Assembly (NCBI RefSeq): GCF_009914755.1
Contig: NC_060928.1
Origin: the human T2T-CHM13v2.0 reference genome, Homo sapiens
DNA: 64,000 nt
Reading direction: 5' to 3' (one strand)
The first letter of the stretch is position 1; each line of letters opens with the position of its first letter. The position numbers and the translations under genes were made by a program. Below the pieces are notes generated by a model, which was given only the letters and a program-made list of their open reading frames with translations, had not been told where the DNA came from and did no database searches. Below, in pieces: positions 1 to 12,050 of the stretch.

Positions 1-780
1 TCTATTCAGCATTTGGACATTTGGCTTGATTTTTGAATAAAGCCATTATAAATATTTATATGGACACATTTTCTTTTCTCTTAGGTGAATAGCTAGGAGT
101 GGAATTGCTAATTTTTAGGTGCATTTTTAACCTTATTAAACACCTCTAAATTATTTTCCAAAGCGTCTGTACCTATTTTTATTTCTACCAACAATGTATA
201 AGAGCTCTATTTGCCTTTCACATCCTTATTAGCACCTATTATTGTAAAAACTGGTTTGTTCATTTGCTTCTCTATTTCTTTCCTTTTTTTACCATTTTGA
301 GATGGAGTCTTGCTCTGTTGCCCAGGCTGGAATGCAGTGGCGCAATTTTGGCTCACTGAAACCTCCGCCTCCTGGGTTCAAGCAATTTTCTGCCTCAGGC
401 TCCCGAGTAGCTGGGATTACAGGCGCCTGCCACCACGCCCAGCTAATTTTTTTTATTTTTAGTAGAGAGGGCATTTCACTATGTTGGCCAGGCTGGTCTT
501 GAACTCCTGACCTCGTGATCCACCCACCTTGGCCTCCCAAAGTGCTGGGATTACAGGCGTGAGCCACCGCGCCCGGCCTCTTTTTTCTTTCTTATCATTG
601 TGATAGTTATGTAGTGGTAACTCACTGTGGTTTTAGCTTGCGTTTCTCTAAAGACTAATGATATTAAGAATTATTTTATATATTTATTTGACATCTGTGT
701 ATCTTCTTTGGCAAAGAATCTGTAAAATATTTTCTCCAGTATTTTAAAATTAGTTTGTTTGGTTTCTTACTATTGATGTT
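1..780 (-). mobile_element. Ancient L1M fragment (3' ORF2 region), interrupted by an Alu and by the L1PA5-like insertion; resumes at about 4439
   Basis: Degenerate antisense L1M motifs (tttctcttaggtgaatagctaggagtggaattgct; taccaacaatgtataagag; gtggtaactcactgtggtttta). The text reads through across the L1PA insertion. Boundaries approximate. Confidence 0.75.
283..578 (-). mobile_element. Alu (AluS, Sg-like)
   Basis: Full dimer in antisense ending gagccaccgcgcccggcc at 578; cctgacctcgtgatc diagnostic; T tail at left. Confidence 0.95.
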
Positions 781-1142
781 TTTTTTTATTTCAACATGCA
801 TCTTTTTTTTTATTTTTATTTTTTAAATGCCTCCTACTTAGGAGGAAGGTAGCATTTAGCAATGTGTTTTATTTTATTTTTTATTTTTATTTATTTATTT
901 ATTTATTATTTATTTTTTTTAACGTGTTCTTTATTACTATTATACTTTAAGTTCTAGGGTACATGTGCACAATGTGCAGGTTTCTTACGTATGTATACAT
1001 GTGCCATGTTGGTGTGCTGCACCCATTAACTCGTTATTTACATTAGGTATATCTCCTAATGCTATCCCTCCCCCGCTCCCGCCACCCCACAACAGGCCCC
1101 AGTGTATGATGTTCCCCTTTCTCTTCCATGTGTTCTCATTGT

Positions 1143-1616
1143 TCAGTTCCCACCTATGAGTGAGAACATGCGGTGTTTGGTTTTTTGTCCTTGTGATGGT
1201 TTGCTGAGAATGATGGTTTCCAGCTTCATCCATGTCCCTACAAAGGACATGAACTCATCCTTTTTTATGGCTGCATAGTATTCCATGGTGTATATGTGCC
1301 ACATTTTCTTGATCCAGTCTATCATTGGTGGACATTTGGGTTGGTTCCAAGTCTTTGCTATTGTGAATAGTGCCGCAATAAACATACGTGTGCGTGTGTC
1401 TTTATAGCAGCATAATTTATAATCCTTTGGGTATATACCCAGTAATGGGATGGCTGGGTCAAATGGTATTTCTAGTTCTAGATCCCTGAGGAATTGCCAC
1501 ACTGACTTCCACAATGGTTGAACTAGTTTACAGTCCCACCAACAGTGTAAAAGTGTTCCTATTTCTCCACATCCTCTCCAACACCTGTTGTTTACTGACT
1601 TTTTAATGATCGCCAT
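1143..1616 (-). pseudogene. L1 ORF2p C-terminal remnant
   Basis: ORF track: [26 protein letters not shown]...HRMFSLIGGN, the ORF2p cysteine-rich C-terminus. Confidence 0.9.
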
Positions 1617-1782
1617 TCTAACTGGTGATACTGCCTTCTATGAGTAAAAATTTCTGTACATTGTTATCATTGTCTCTAATAGGGCATGATTTTAGATTAT
1701 TCACTAGGGTTACATAACGGTAAAGGGATCAATTCAACAAGAAGAGCTAACTATCCTAGATATATATGCACCCAATACATAT

Positions 1783-2220
1783 AGTTCTGTAGATGTCTAT
1801 TAGGTCAGCTTGGTGCAGAGCTGAGTTCAATTCCTGGGCATCCTTGTTAACTTTCTGTCTCATTGATCTGTCTAATGTTGACAGTGGGGTGTTAAAGTCT
1901 CCCATTATTATTGTGTGGGAGTCTAAATCTCTTTGTAGGTCACTCAGGACTTGCTTTATGAATCTGGGTGCTCCTGTATTGGGTGCATACATATTTAGGA
2001 TAGTTAGCTCTTCTTGTTGAATGGATCCCTTTACCATTATGTAATGGCCTTCTTTGTCTCTTTTGATCTTTGTTGGTTTAAAGTCTGTTTTATCAGAGAC
2101 TAGGATTGCGACCCCTGCCTTTTTTTGGTTTCCATTTGCTTGGTAGATCTTCCTCCATCCCTTTACTTTGTGCCTATATGTGTCTCTGCACGTGAGATGG
2201 GTTTCCTGAATACAGCACAC
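1783..2220 (-). pseudogene. L1 ORF2p APE-like endonuclease remnant, truncated at the deletion junction
   Basis: CCIQETHL...YAPNTGAP...IIMGDFNTPLS motifs. L1 homology ends at DLIDIYRT. Confidence 0.9.
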
Positions 2221-2469
2221 TGATGGGTCTTAACTCTTTATCCAATTTGCCAGTCTGTGTCTTTTAATTGGGGCATTTAGCCCATTTACATTTAAGGTTA
2301 GTATTGTTATGTGTGAATTTGATCCTGTCATTATGATGTTAGCTGGTTATTTTGCTCGTTAATTGATGCAGTTTCTTCCTAGCATCGATGGTGTTTACAA
2401 TTTGGCACGTTTTTGCAGTGGCTGGTACTGGTTGTTCCTTTCCATGTTTAGTGTTTCCTTCAGGAGCTC

Positions 2470-3413
2470 TTATAAGGCAGGCCTGGTGGTGACAAAATCT
2501 CTCAGCATTTGCTTGTCTGTAAAGGATTTTATTTCTCCTTCACTTATGAAGCTTAGTTTGGCTGGATATGAAATTCTGGGCTGAAATTTCCTTTCTTTAA
2601 GAATGTTGAATATTGGCCCCCACTCTCTTCTGGCTTGTAGAGTTTCTGCCGAGAGATCCACTGTTAGTCTGATGGGCTTCCCTTTGTGGGTAACCTGACC
2701 TTTCTCTCTGGCTGCCCTTAACATTTTTTCCTTCATTTCAACTTTGGTGAATCTGACAAATAAGTGTCTTGGAGTTGCTCTTCTCGAGGAGTATCTTTGT
2801 GGCGTTCTCTGTATTTCCTGTATGTGAATGTTGGCCTGCCTTGCTAGATTGGGGAAGTTCTCCTGGATAATATCCTGCAGAGTGTTTTCCAACTTGGTTC
2901 CATTCTCCCCATCACTTTCAGGTACACCAATCAGACATAGATTTGGTCTTTTCACATAGTCCCATTTTCCGGAGGCTTTGTTCATTTCTTTTTACTCTTT
3001 TTTCTCTAAACTTCTCACTTCATTTTATTCATTTGATCTTCCATCACTGATACCCTTTCTTCCAGTTGATCGAATCGGCTACTGAAGCTTGTGCATGCGT
3101 CACATAGTTCTTGTGCCATGGTTTTCAGCTCCACAAGGTCATTAAAGGTCTTCTCTATGCTGTTTCTTCTAGTTAGCCATTCGTCCAATCTTTTTTCAAG
3201 GTTTTTAGCTTCTTTGCAATGGGTTCGAACATCCTCCTTTAGCTTGGAGAAGTTTGTTATTACTAATCTTCTGAAGCCTTCTTCTCTGAACTTGTCAAAG
3301 TCATTCTCTGTCCAGCTTTGTTCCGTTGCTGGCAAGGAGTTGCTTTCCTTTGGAGGCGAAGAGGCGCTCTGATTTTTAGAATTTTCAGCTTTTCTGCTCT
3401 GGTTTCTCCCCAT
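2470..3413 (-). pseudogene. L1 ORF1p, disrupted into two ORF fragments (3015-3413, 2470-2985)
   Basis: Coiled-coil N-terminus and RRM/CTD (KRPNL..IGVPE, QPRISYPAKLSF) are split into separate ORFs by stops and a frameshift. Confidence 0.9.
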
Positions 3414-3989
3414 CTTTGTGGTTTTTATCTACCTTTGATCTTTGATGATGGTGACGTACAGATGTGGTTTTGGTGTGGATGTCCTTTCTGTTTGTTAGTT
3501 TTCCTCCTAACAGTCAGGACCCTCAGCTGCAGGTCTGTTGGAGTTTGCTGGAGGTCCACGCCAGACCCTGTTTGCCTGGGTATCGTCAGCAGAGGCTGCA
3601 GAACCGCAAATATTGCAGAACGATAAATGTTGCTGCCTGATCGTTCCTCTGGAAGCTTATTCTCAGTGGGGCACCCGGCCGTATGAGGTGTCAGTTGGCC
3701 CCTACTGGGAGGTGCCTCCCAGTTAGGCTACTTAGGGGTCAGGGACCCACTAGAGGAGGCAGTCTGTCCGTTCTCAGATCTCAAATTCTGTGCTGGGAGA
3801 AGCGCTACTCTCTTCAAAGCTGTCAGACAGGGACGCTTAAGTCTGCAGAAGTTTCTGCTGCCTTTTGTTCAGCTACGCCCTGCCCCCAGAGGTGGCGTCT
3901 ACAGAGGCAGGCAGGTCTCCTTGAGCTGTGGTGGGCTCCACCCAGTTCGAGCTTCCCGGCCGCTTTGTTTACCTACTCAAGCCTCAGCA

Positions 3990-4250
3990 ATGGTGGGCAC
4001 CCCTCCCCCAGCCTCACTGCGGCATTGCAGTTCGATCTCAGACTGCTGTGCTAGCAGTGAGCAAGGCTCCGTGGGTGTGGGACCCTCTGAGCCAGGCACA
4101 GGATATAATCTGGTGTGCCGTTTGCTAAGACTGTTGGAAAAGTGCAGTATTAGGGTGGGAGTAACCCGATTTTCCCGGTGCCATCTGTCATGGCCTCCCT
4201 TGGCTAGGAAAGGGAATTCCCTGACCCCTTGCGCTTCCCGGGTGAGGTGA
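3990..4250 (+). CDS. L1 ORF0 (antisense ORF of the L1 5'UTR), open, 86 aa
   Basis: ATG at 3990 in gcaATGg context. The peptide MVGTPPPASLRHCSSISDCCASSEQGSVGVGPSEPG...IRVGVTRFSRC matches known L1 ORF0 (MAGAPPPASLPPCSLISDCCAS...). Expression not shown. Confidence 0.7.
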   Translation: MVGTPPPASLRHCSSISDCCASSEQGSVGVGPSEPGTGYNLVCRLLRLLEKCSIRVGVTRFSRCHLSWPPLARKGNSLTPCASRVR

Positions 4251-4438
4251 TGCCTCACCCTGCTTCAGCTCACAGTCTTTGGGCTGTACCCACTGTCCTG
4301 CCCCCACTGTCCGACAAGCCCCAGTGAGATGAACCCAGTACCTCAGTTGGAAATGCAGAAATCACCCGTCTTCTGTGTTGCTCATGCTGGGAGCTGTAGA
4401 CTGGAGCTGTTCCTATTCAGCCATCTTAGAACCTCCCC

Positions 4439-6000
4439 ACTATGGAGTTTTGAGTCATTTATATGTTCTAGATACCAGTCCTATATCAGATATGTGTTTT
4501 GCAAATATTTTCTGCAAGTTTATGTTTTATGTTTTTAACATTATTCTTTGAAGAAGAAAAGTTTTTAATTTTAATGAAGTCCAATTAACCAATTTTAAAA
4601 ATAATTTGTGCTTTTTGTGTCCTGTGTAAGAATCTCTGTCTGACTTAAAATGGCAAAGATTATCTCCTGAATTTTCTGGTAGTAATTTTATACTTGTATA
4701 TTTTAAATTTATAGGTATGATCCATTTTGATTTAATATTTGCATATGGTACAGGGTAGATAGAGGTCAAGCTTTATTTACTTGTATATAGATATCAAATT
4801 GTTCCATCACCATATATGGAAAATAATATCATTTCTGCATTAAATTTACTTAGTACCTATGGCAAAAAGCAATTAAGTATATATGTGAGAATCTATTTCT
4901 AAAATCTTTATTCTGTTCCACTGATATACGTGCCTATCCTTTTGTCAATATCATATTACCTTAATTATTATAGATTTGTAGTAAGTTTGAAACCAGATAG
5001 TGTTAGTCTTCCAACTTAATTATTTTTTTCAAAATCATTTTGACCAGTCCCTGCTTTTCTGGTTATTCATTTCTTTATCTTAATAATTTGATACTCAGCT
5101 TGTCAATTTCTACAAAAATAGCCTACCAGAATCTTGCCTGGTGTGCTGTGAATCTATATATTGATTCAAAGGAGAATTAACTTACTAAGAAATTGAGTCT
5201 TCCTTGTGTTGATTTATTTTGATCTTCTTTGATTTCTCTCATCAATGTGTTTTAGTTTTCGATACAAACACTCCACATATTTTGTTATATATAATAATTT
5301 TATATTTTGTGTATTATGGTAAATCATACTGTTTTCCTGACTTCAATTTTCAATTCTGTATGTTAGCTATATAGAGAAGTACAATTAATTTTTGAATATT
5401 AACATTCCTAAATTCATGTATTAGTTCTAGTTGCTTTTTAATAAATTCTTAGGGTTTTTCTATGTAGACAATCATACAATCTATGAAAAAAGGCAGTTTT
5501 AATTCTTTCTTTTAAATCTATATGTCCTTTTTTTCTCTTGTCTTATGAGACTGGCTAGGTCTTCCAGGTAATACTGAATAGGAGCCATAAAAGAATATAT
5601 TCTTGCTTTGCTACTGATATTAAGGTGGAAAGCTTTCAGGATTTCACTCTGAATTAAGGTATTAACTGTAAATTTTTCAAAGATGCCTTTTATCAAGAAT
5701 TAAATTCCTTTTAATTTCTCATTTGCTTAGAGGCTTTTTAAAAATCATGAATGGATTTTGAATTTTGTCAATTTTTTTTTGGCATCTATTGAGATGGTTT
5801 TTTTTATCCTTTAGCCTATTGATATGATGAATTATATTGATTTTCAAATATTAAATCAACTTTATGTTTTTGTGGTAAACCCTCTCTTAGTCATAATGTC
5901 TTATCTTCTTTATAAATTGCTGAATTTGACTTATTAATAATTGGTGAAGATTTTTAGGAGTGTTTTTATGAAGAGTAGGTTTTTCTCTTACAATATCTTT
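4439..6000 (-). mobile_element. Ancient L1M ORF2 remnant (continuation of 1-780)
   Basis: ORF 5499-5696 IKGIFEKFTVNTLIQSEILKAFHL...LEDLASLIRQEK resembles ORF2p [22 protein letters not shown]...LEVLA.AIRQEK. Confidence 0.75.
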
Positions 6001-7474
6001 GTCAGTGTTCCATTTTGGTTGCTTTCTATTGAACTGTCTCTAAGTTCACTGGCTCATCCCTCAGATCAAGTTTAGTCATAACCACATTGATGACATTCTT
6101 CATCTCTTATATATTCATCTCTATGCCACATTTGTTATATATAGCATTTCTAGTTAAGTCCTTCTTTTAGTTTTTATCACTTTGCTGAAGTTTCCCATCT
6201 ATTTGTACATGTGGTAAATCTTTTCCACTAGATCCACTAGAAGTTTTACATATTAGTAAAACTTATTAGTCATAGTTATTTTATCATTTCTTTCTGATAG
6301 TTTCACATCCACGTCATCTCTGGCTCTGGTTAAGCTGATTGCTTTGTCTCTTAATAACGTTCTCACCCTGTATGTGTATGTGTCTCATGATTTTTTACTA
6401 AATATTAAACATTTTGTGTAAAACAGGAGACTGATGTAAATAGCATGTATACCTGGAAGTAGGCATACCTCCTTTCAGACAGCTACAGCAGAAAATTGAG
6501 TCAATTTAGTCAGTATCTGAGCTAGGTTTGAGTTTTTTGTTGCTTTGATTAAATTTCCTCTAGTGATGTCTTATGCTTAAAACTCAGATGCAAGTGATGG
6601 AGACTCTGTCTCAATATTTTGCTTCCTTCTCAGTTTTCAGACATCTCTATCCACTTGTACAACAGAGAGGATCTTTCTCTGTGGTCTCACCCCTTCCACA
6701 ATGACAGACTGCTCTTTCTTGTTAATCAGTTCTTGCTAGTCTGGGGTTGGGGGTTAGGGGAGTTCTCCCTTGTCCTGAAACAGCCTCAGTCTTAGATAGA
6801 GCTTATACGTGTGGGCCTCAGGGGTGAAGTTTTCTGCCCTTCCTTCCCAAGGCAGGCAGTCAAACACCACCTTTTATCTATAGCAGGTCTTAGCTAGGAG
6901 AGTTTCCTTCCTCTCCTCCAGGAGTAGTATAATAGTGTTGATATGGAATCCTGGGTTCAGGACTCTTTCTTACCCCTTTGCCAGGACTAGAGGGTTCTCT
7001 CCCTTTCTCCTTTTCCCAGCAACAAGGTGTTTCTACCTGTGCTCTGAGTCCATAGGGTTTACTGCCTCTCCCTAGAAGCTTAGGGCTTTGGAGAGAAGAA
7101 TCCAAGCAGAGGAGGGGCTTTGTGACATTCCCACAGTGGTGGCTGATCCACACCAGGGTTTTCCTGGCAATTGTATGTTTTTGTTTGCCTAAGAAGAACT
7201 TCAGAATCAACCTATGAAGCTGGAGGTGAAAAAAAATCTGTGGTATATTTATCACTATATATTCACACTTTACTTGGTGAGAAGTGGTATTATTAATATG
7301 CTCAGTTCTAGCCAAGAACAAAGTATATCTTTTTTATTTGTTCAAATCTACTTTTATATCTTTCAGGCATATTTTAAAGTTTTCTTCACAAACTTTTTTT
7401 TGTTAGTTTACCTTAAAGTACTATATATATTTTTTTCATCTCTTATATATTTGTATATACATTCATCTCTATGC

Positions 7475-7508
7475 TATATATATAAATATATATATACACA
7501 CACACACA
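7475..7508. repeat. (TA)n(CA)n microsatellite
   Basis: tatatatataaatatatatatacacacacacaca. Confidence 0.8.
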
Positions 7509-8484
7509 GTGGCTCTTATGACTCTTATAAATGATGGGGGTTTTTCTGATGCCCCCAAATCCCAAATCCGGGTCAGAATAGACTCTCAAGGCAGATTTAC
7601 ACGTTGGTTTTCCAATTCTGTAGTCAGTCTTGTGATCCAAGACTAGAATATCTTTCTCTCAAGGCTTTAATGATGATATTTTTTAAAGTCCTTATTAAGG
7701 AAAATCTTACCAGTAGAGATTAGAAGCCCCTGAGTTCTTCCTGTTCTTTTGGTTGGCTCATTTCACGGGTCCAACTGAGCAGAGGTGGGCCATGAAACAC
7801 AGCTAAAGTGCTTCATAGCACTTTAGCTACGGGGGATATCCTTGTTTTCTGGCTGGTCAAGAATCCTAATGATGGCAGGCAGTGGGGGATAACAGTGCTA
7901 TAATCCAGATAGGCTGGCCTTCAGGGGATGGAAACTGGGTAACGTGTTCTCTGAGTTAATCCCATTTCTTGCTATTCAGCACCATCAAATTCAACACACA
8001 TAGACACTGGCAAAACATGTTTAGTTTAGTTTAATTACAGCTGAGTCCCCCCTTTCTCAGTGACTCTACGGGACCCCTGGTAAATGATACTTCCCTGAAC
8101 TGTTATGGTGCATGGGATATAGACAAAATTAAAAGATCATTAGAGTGTTTCAGAAAACCAGGAGGCACTTTGGCACCAGGTGCTGGCCTAGCAGTTTTGG
8201 TTAAGGAGGTGATTTGCACATAGATGTACCACCAGGAAGAGGCCAAGGCATGGTCAAGAACGGCATGGGGGAGGCGTGGAGGACTGATGCTAAGGGGAGA
8301 AGCCAGATGACTGACTCCAAAGAGCTCCACAGTGTAGCCTCTTTACCCTGCAGATTTTGTGTGTGGCTGAGTTTGGCCTTTAACCTTACAGGCTCTGACA
8401 CAGGACTGCAGGGCTCCATCTCTCAAGACAGACTGGTATTCACTGAAGCACAACACTGATTATATCATCAGAATAAACAGGTGC

Positions 8485-9150
<666 letters not shown>

Positions 9151-9159
9151 TAGGCATCA

Positions 9160-9910
9160 CAGAATTTTTCCTCCTGGAACATTCACCACTTTCAGCTAGC
9201 TAACTTCTTACCTGTCCTTCAAATGTCACCCGATGTGTTGCTTTGTTTTTTATTAGCCCTAAAATATCTGTGTCTCTTTCCTTCAGAAACTGTCTCAGAT
9301 TGTAACAGTGGGTCATTAGTATGATTATTTAGACACTTCCTGTTTCCTTAAAAGGCTCTAAGCTTCATGTGTCTACTGGGCTCATCACTGAAGCCTCAGC
9401 AACCCTCCCACAGCATGGGTTTGAAAATCAGCACTTAACTAAATGGAACCTCCAAATAATGAAGACCAACCAAGTTGGTCACTGTGATAACTATTTTAAT
9501 ATCTTCTTTTTAATTTCCAAGTATGTTTTAAAGTTTTCGTGCTCATTATTTGCTTGCCTGGGCTTTACCGGCTTTAAGAATATGCTTAGTCTCCTTGTTG
9601 AACGGTAAGCATTGGGAGAACAGCATGTGCCAAGGTAGTGGGGAAGGGGAGATAAAATGAAACATTCAAAGAACTGAGGAGGGCAGGCTGGATGAGCACA
9701 GTGTAACTAAAATGAAAGGCTGTACCAAAGGGGATTGAAACCCAGGGAAAGGCACAAGGCCAAGGATGGGCTCTAAGTAGTGTACTTAGACATGTATTTT
9801 GCAAAGATCAGTTTGATTGTTGTGTGGGAAGTGGTCTAAATGGTCTCAGAATGAATGCTAGTCCACAGGCAGTGACAGTCAAGATGAATAATGATGGGGA
9901 CTTGTGGGCG
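9160..9910. mobile_element. Degenerate L2 fragments
   Basis: L2 3'-like text (catcactgaagcctcagca...cagcacttaactaaat) and opposite-strand L2 text (gagaacagcatgtgccaagg; ttttgcaaagatca). Approximate. Confidence 0.45.
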
Positions 9911-11149
9911 AATGTTTGGGTCCTAAACTCCGGAGCAGAATCTCATTCAGGTAGGTTGGTAGATGGAGGTTTTTTAAAAGAAGGACCATTGAATAGTGAG
10001 GCTGGTAAAACAGTGTGAGACGAGCCAGCCAGTAGAGCAGGACATGTAGATGAGATCGAGGAATAAAATAAATCATCAACGTTTCCTGGAGACATGTCAA
10101 ATATTCTTAGCCCCATCTGCCTGATGTGTCATCTCAGTGTGACCATAGTGAGGCCCAGAGCAATACTATTCACATGCTCCCAAGTGACTCCATCCATCAG
10201 CCAGGATTGGGGAACAATTTAAATAGATGGAGCTCAGTGTGGACAGGGTAAGCTTGAAAAGATGACTGGCAACAAAATTGGGCAGGCCCTTATGCTATTC
10301 CTCAGAAGTGATGATGATGACATAATGTGGAGTAATAAGAACACTACCATATTGGGGCGGGGCTTTTGAGGGAAGGGCCCTGGCAGTCAGAAATGGGTGC
10401 AGAGGATGTTTTTATCCTGTGCATCAGCATAGAGTGGGAAGTTTGCAAAATTTTGTACTCTAAAGCCTATAGGTGTTCCTCTGGATGACTCCATTATTGA
10501 AGCATCTTGGAAATAGTTTGTGAAGAAGTCTGAGTGCTAGAAACAAAGTAGGCAGCTGTTGCCTTTAAACAGTTCTCCACACCAGCTGCAGTACATTCTC
10601 CAGAAGAACTCTCTAACAACTGCCATCAAGCTAGAGGAGGAATAACCGCCAGCATTCAGAGATGCACCAAGTAGCTCCTGCCCTCAATCTCCAAGTGCTC
10701 ATAGCCTTCCTTTTAAACATCCTCTTTTAGAGTTTTTTGAAACCCACTAATGACATGTTTGTATGGTTAATTTACATGGTCTAGTGTTTAGCCAGTTTAC
10801 CGTCACATAGTAAAATATGAATGGCTTTTTTTCTCATGATCTGAAGCAAATTCTGGGAGGGTAAGTGTGCACAGGTGGGTATCGACTGGGGTATAGACAG
10901 AGCAGAGGGGAAGGAAGGAAGATGCAGGGAATACTGTTAGTTTCTGGGCTTTACTAAGTGACGCTGAAGGGAGGAGGGCCTGAAGTGTAGGTGGAAGGAG
11001 AATCCAGGATTAGGGAATAGGGGTAGGAAGGACAAGGAGCATCCCAAAATAAATCAGCACAAGTTTGTCCAAGGGCTTGCCCGGCCTGCCTGAAGTCATA
11101 GAAGTTTATTATTTCTGTGTTCATAAACAACTCCCTTGTTCCTTGCCCT

Positions 11150-11813
11150 CAGGAGCAAATCCAGGTTTTTTGGGGTTTGAAGCTTATATAATTTAGGGTA
11201 GTTCCTCTTTGAGAAAAAAATTCAGGTTATGATATGAAAGTGAATATTATGAGATAGGTAATCATAGAAAATTACATAATTTAAAAACACTATAATCACA
11301 CTGCAAACTTTCTAAAATTACATAATTTAATTAATTAACTTCATGGCTCACCTATAAAATACTTTTTCCTACTTTTTGGCTGCACACTCTTTGATCACTT
11401 CATATCAGAATGCTTTTGTTATATTATTTTCTAATGAGAGCAAAGAAAGATGATTTAATATTTCCTTTAGCATGGATGATCAAAATTTGTTTTTTATTAT
11501 TGTTTAATAGCATTCTTTTAGCTTTACAACTTGTTAATGGTATGCTATATAAATGTTGAAGATTATTGCCAAATTTGAAACAAGTGCCTTTTTCATAAGA
11601 ACTGTGAGATTTAAGTTATTTCAAGTTTCATTGTGCAAGCATGAGCCTTAAATTATCTTTGAATTTGATGATATTCAAACACCAGTTTGTTACCACAACC
11701 ATATATTACTTCTTCAAACTTTACAATTCTATGAATGTTTTACTGCACTGCTGGGGCTCCTTCCAGGTGAGAGGGGTGCAAGCATCATTAGATCCATAGC
11801 AAAACCACCTCTG
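11150..11813 (-). mobile_element. hAT-Tip100 (Zaphod/MER53-like termini) internally deleted DNA transposon with a transposase C-terminal remnant
   Basis: Ends caggagcaaatccaggtttttt... and ...aaaaccacctctg resemble MER53-type termini. Minus-strand 11370-11580 translates SNLAIIFNIYIA/PLTSCKAKR/TIIKNKF*SSMLKEILNHLSLLSLENNITK, the hAT dimerisation domain. Confidence 0.75.
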
Positions 11814-11854
11814 ATTGCTTCACGTGCTTGTGTCTTATTGTTAAAAAAAATAGA

Positions 11855-12050
11855 TAATAAAAGCTAACATTTGCTGAACAGGTTCGCTAAATTGCCTCAT
11901 TTAATTTGACATTTTTTTTTTTTGAGATAGAAATTAGTGTCCCCCTGTACAGATGAACAAACTGCTATTCAGTGAAGTTGACTTTGGCCAAGCAAGGACC
12001 TGAAATTAACTGAAATTTCCTGGGTGTCATTCCATCCATAGAGCTCTATT
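11855..12050 (-). mobile_element. MIR fragment
   Basis: aaagctaacatttgctgaac...ctcatttaat...tacagatgaacaaactg. Confidence 0.55.

Larger units (their letters stand above)
782..4438 (-). mobile_element. L1PA5-like LINE-1 with both ends present, about 2.8 kb internal ORF2 deletion and a composite 3' tail
   Basis: 5' end (rc GGGGAGGTTCTAAGATGGCTGAATAGGAACAGCTCC) at 4438. ORF1 starts MGRNQSRKAENSKNQSASSPPKE. EN domain 1783-2220. ORF2 C-terminus and 3'UTR about 935-1627. Degenerate TSD actattgatgtttt (from 769) / actatggagtttt (from 4439). Confidence 0.92.

Noticed and set aside
289-567. Alu-derived ORFs (also 17288, 28372, 45454, 54999, 57700)
   Set aside because: Standard Alu translations, not genes.
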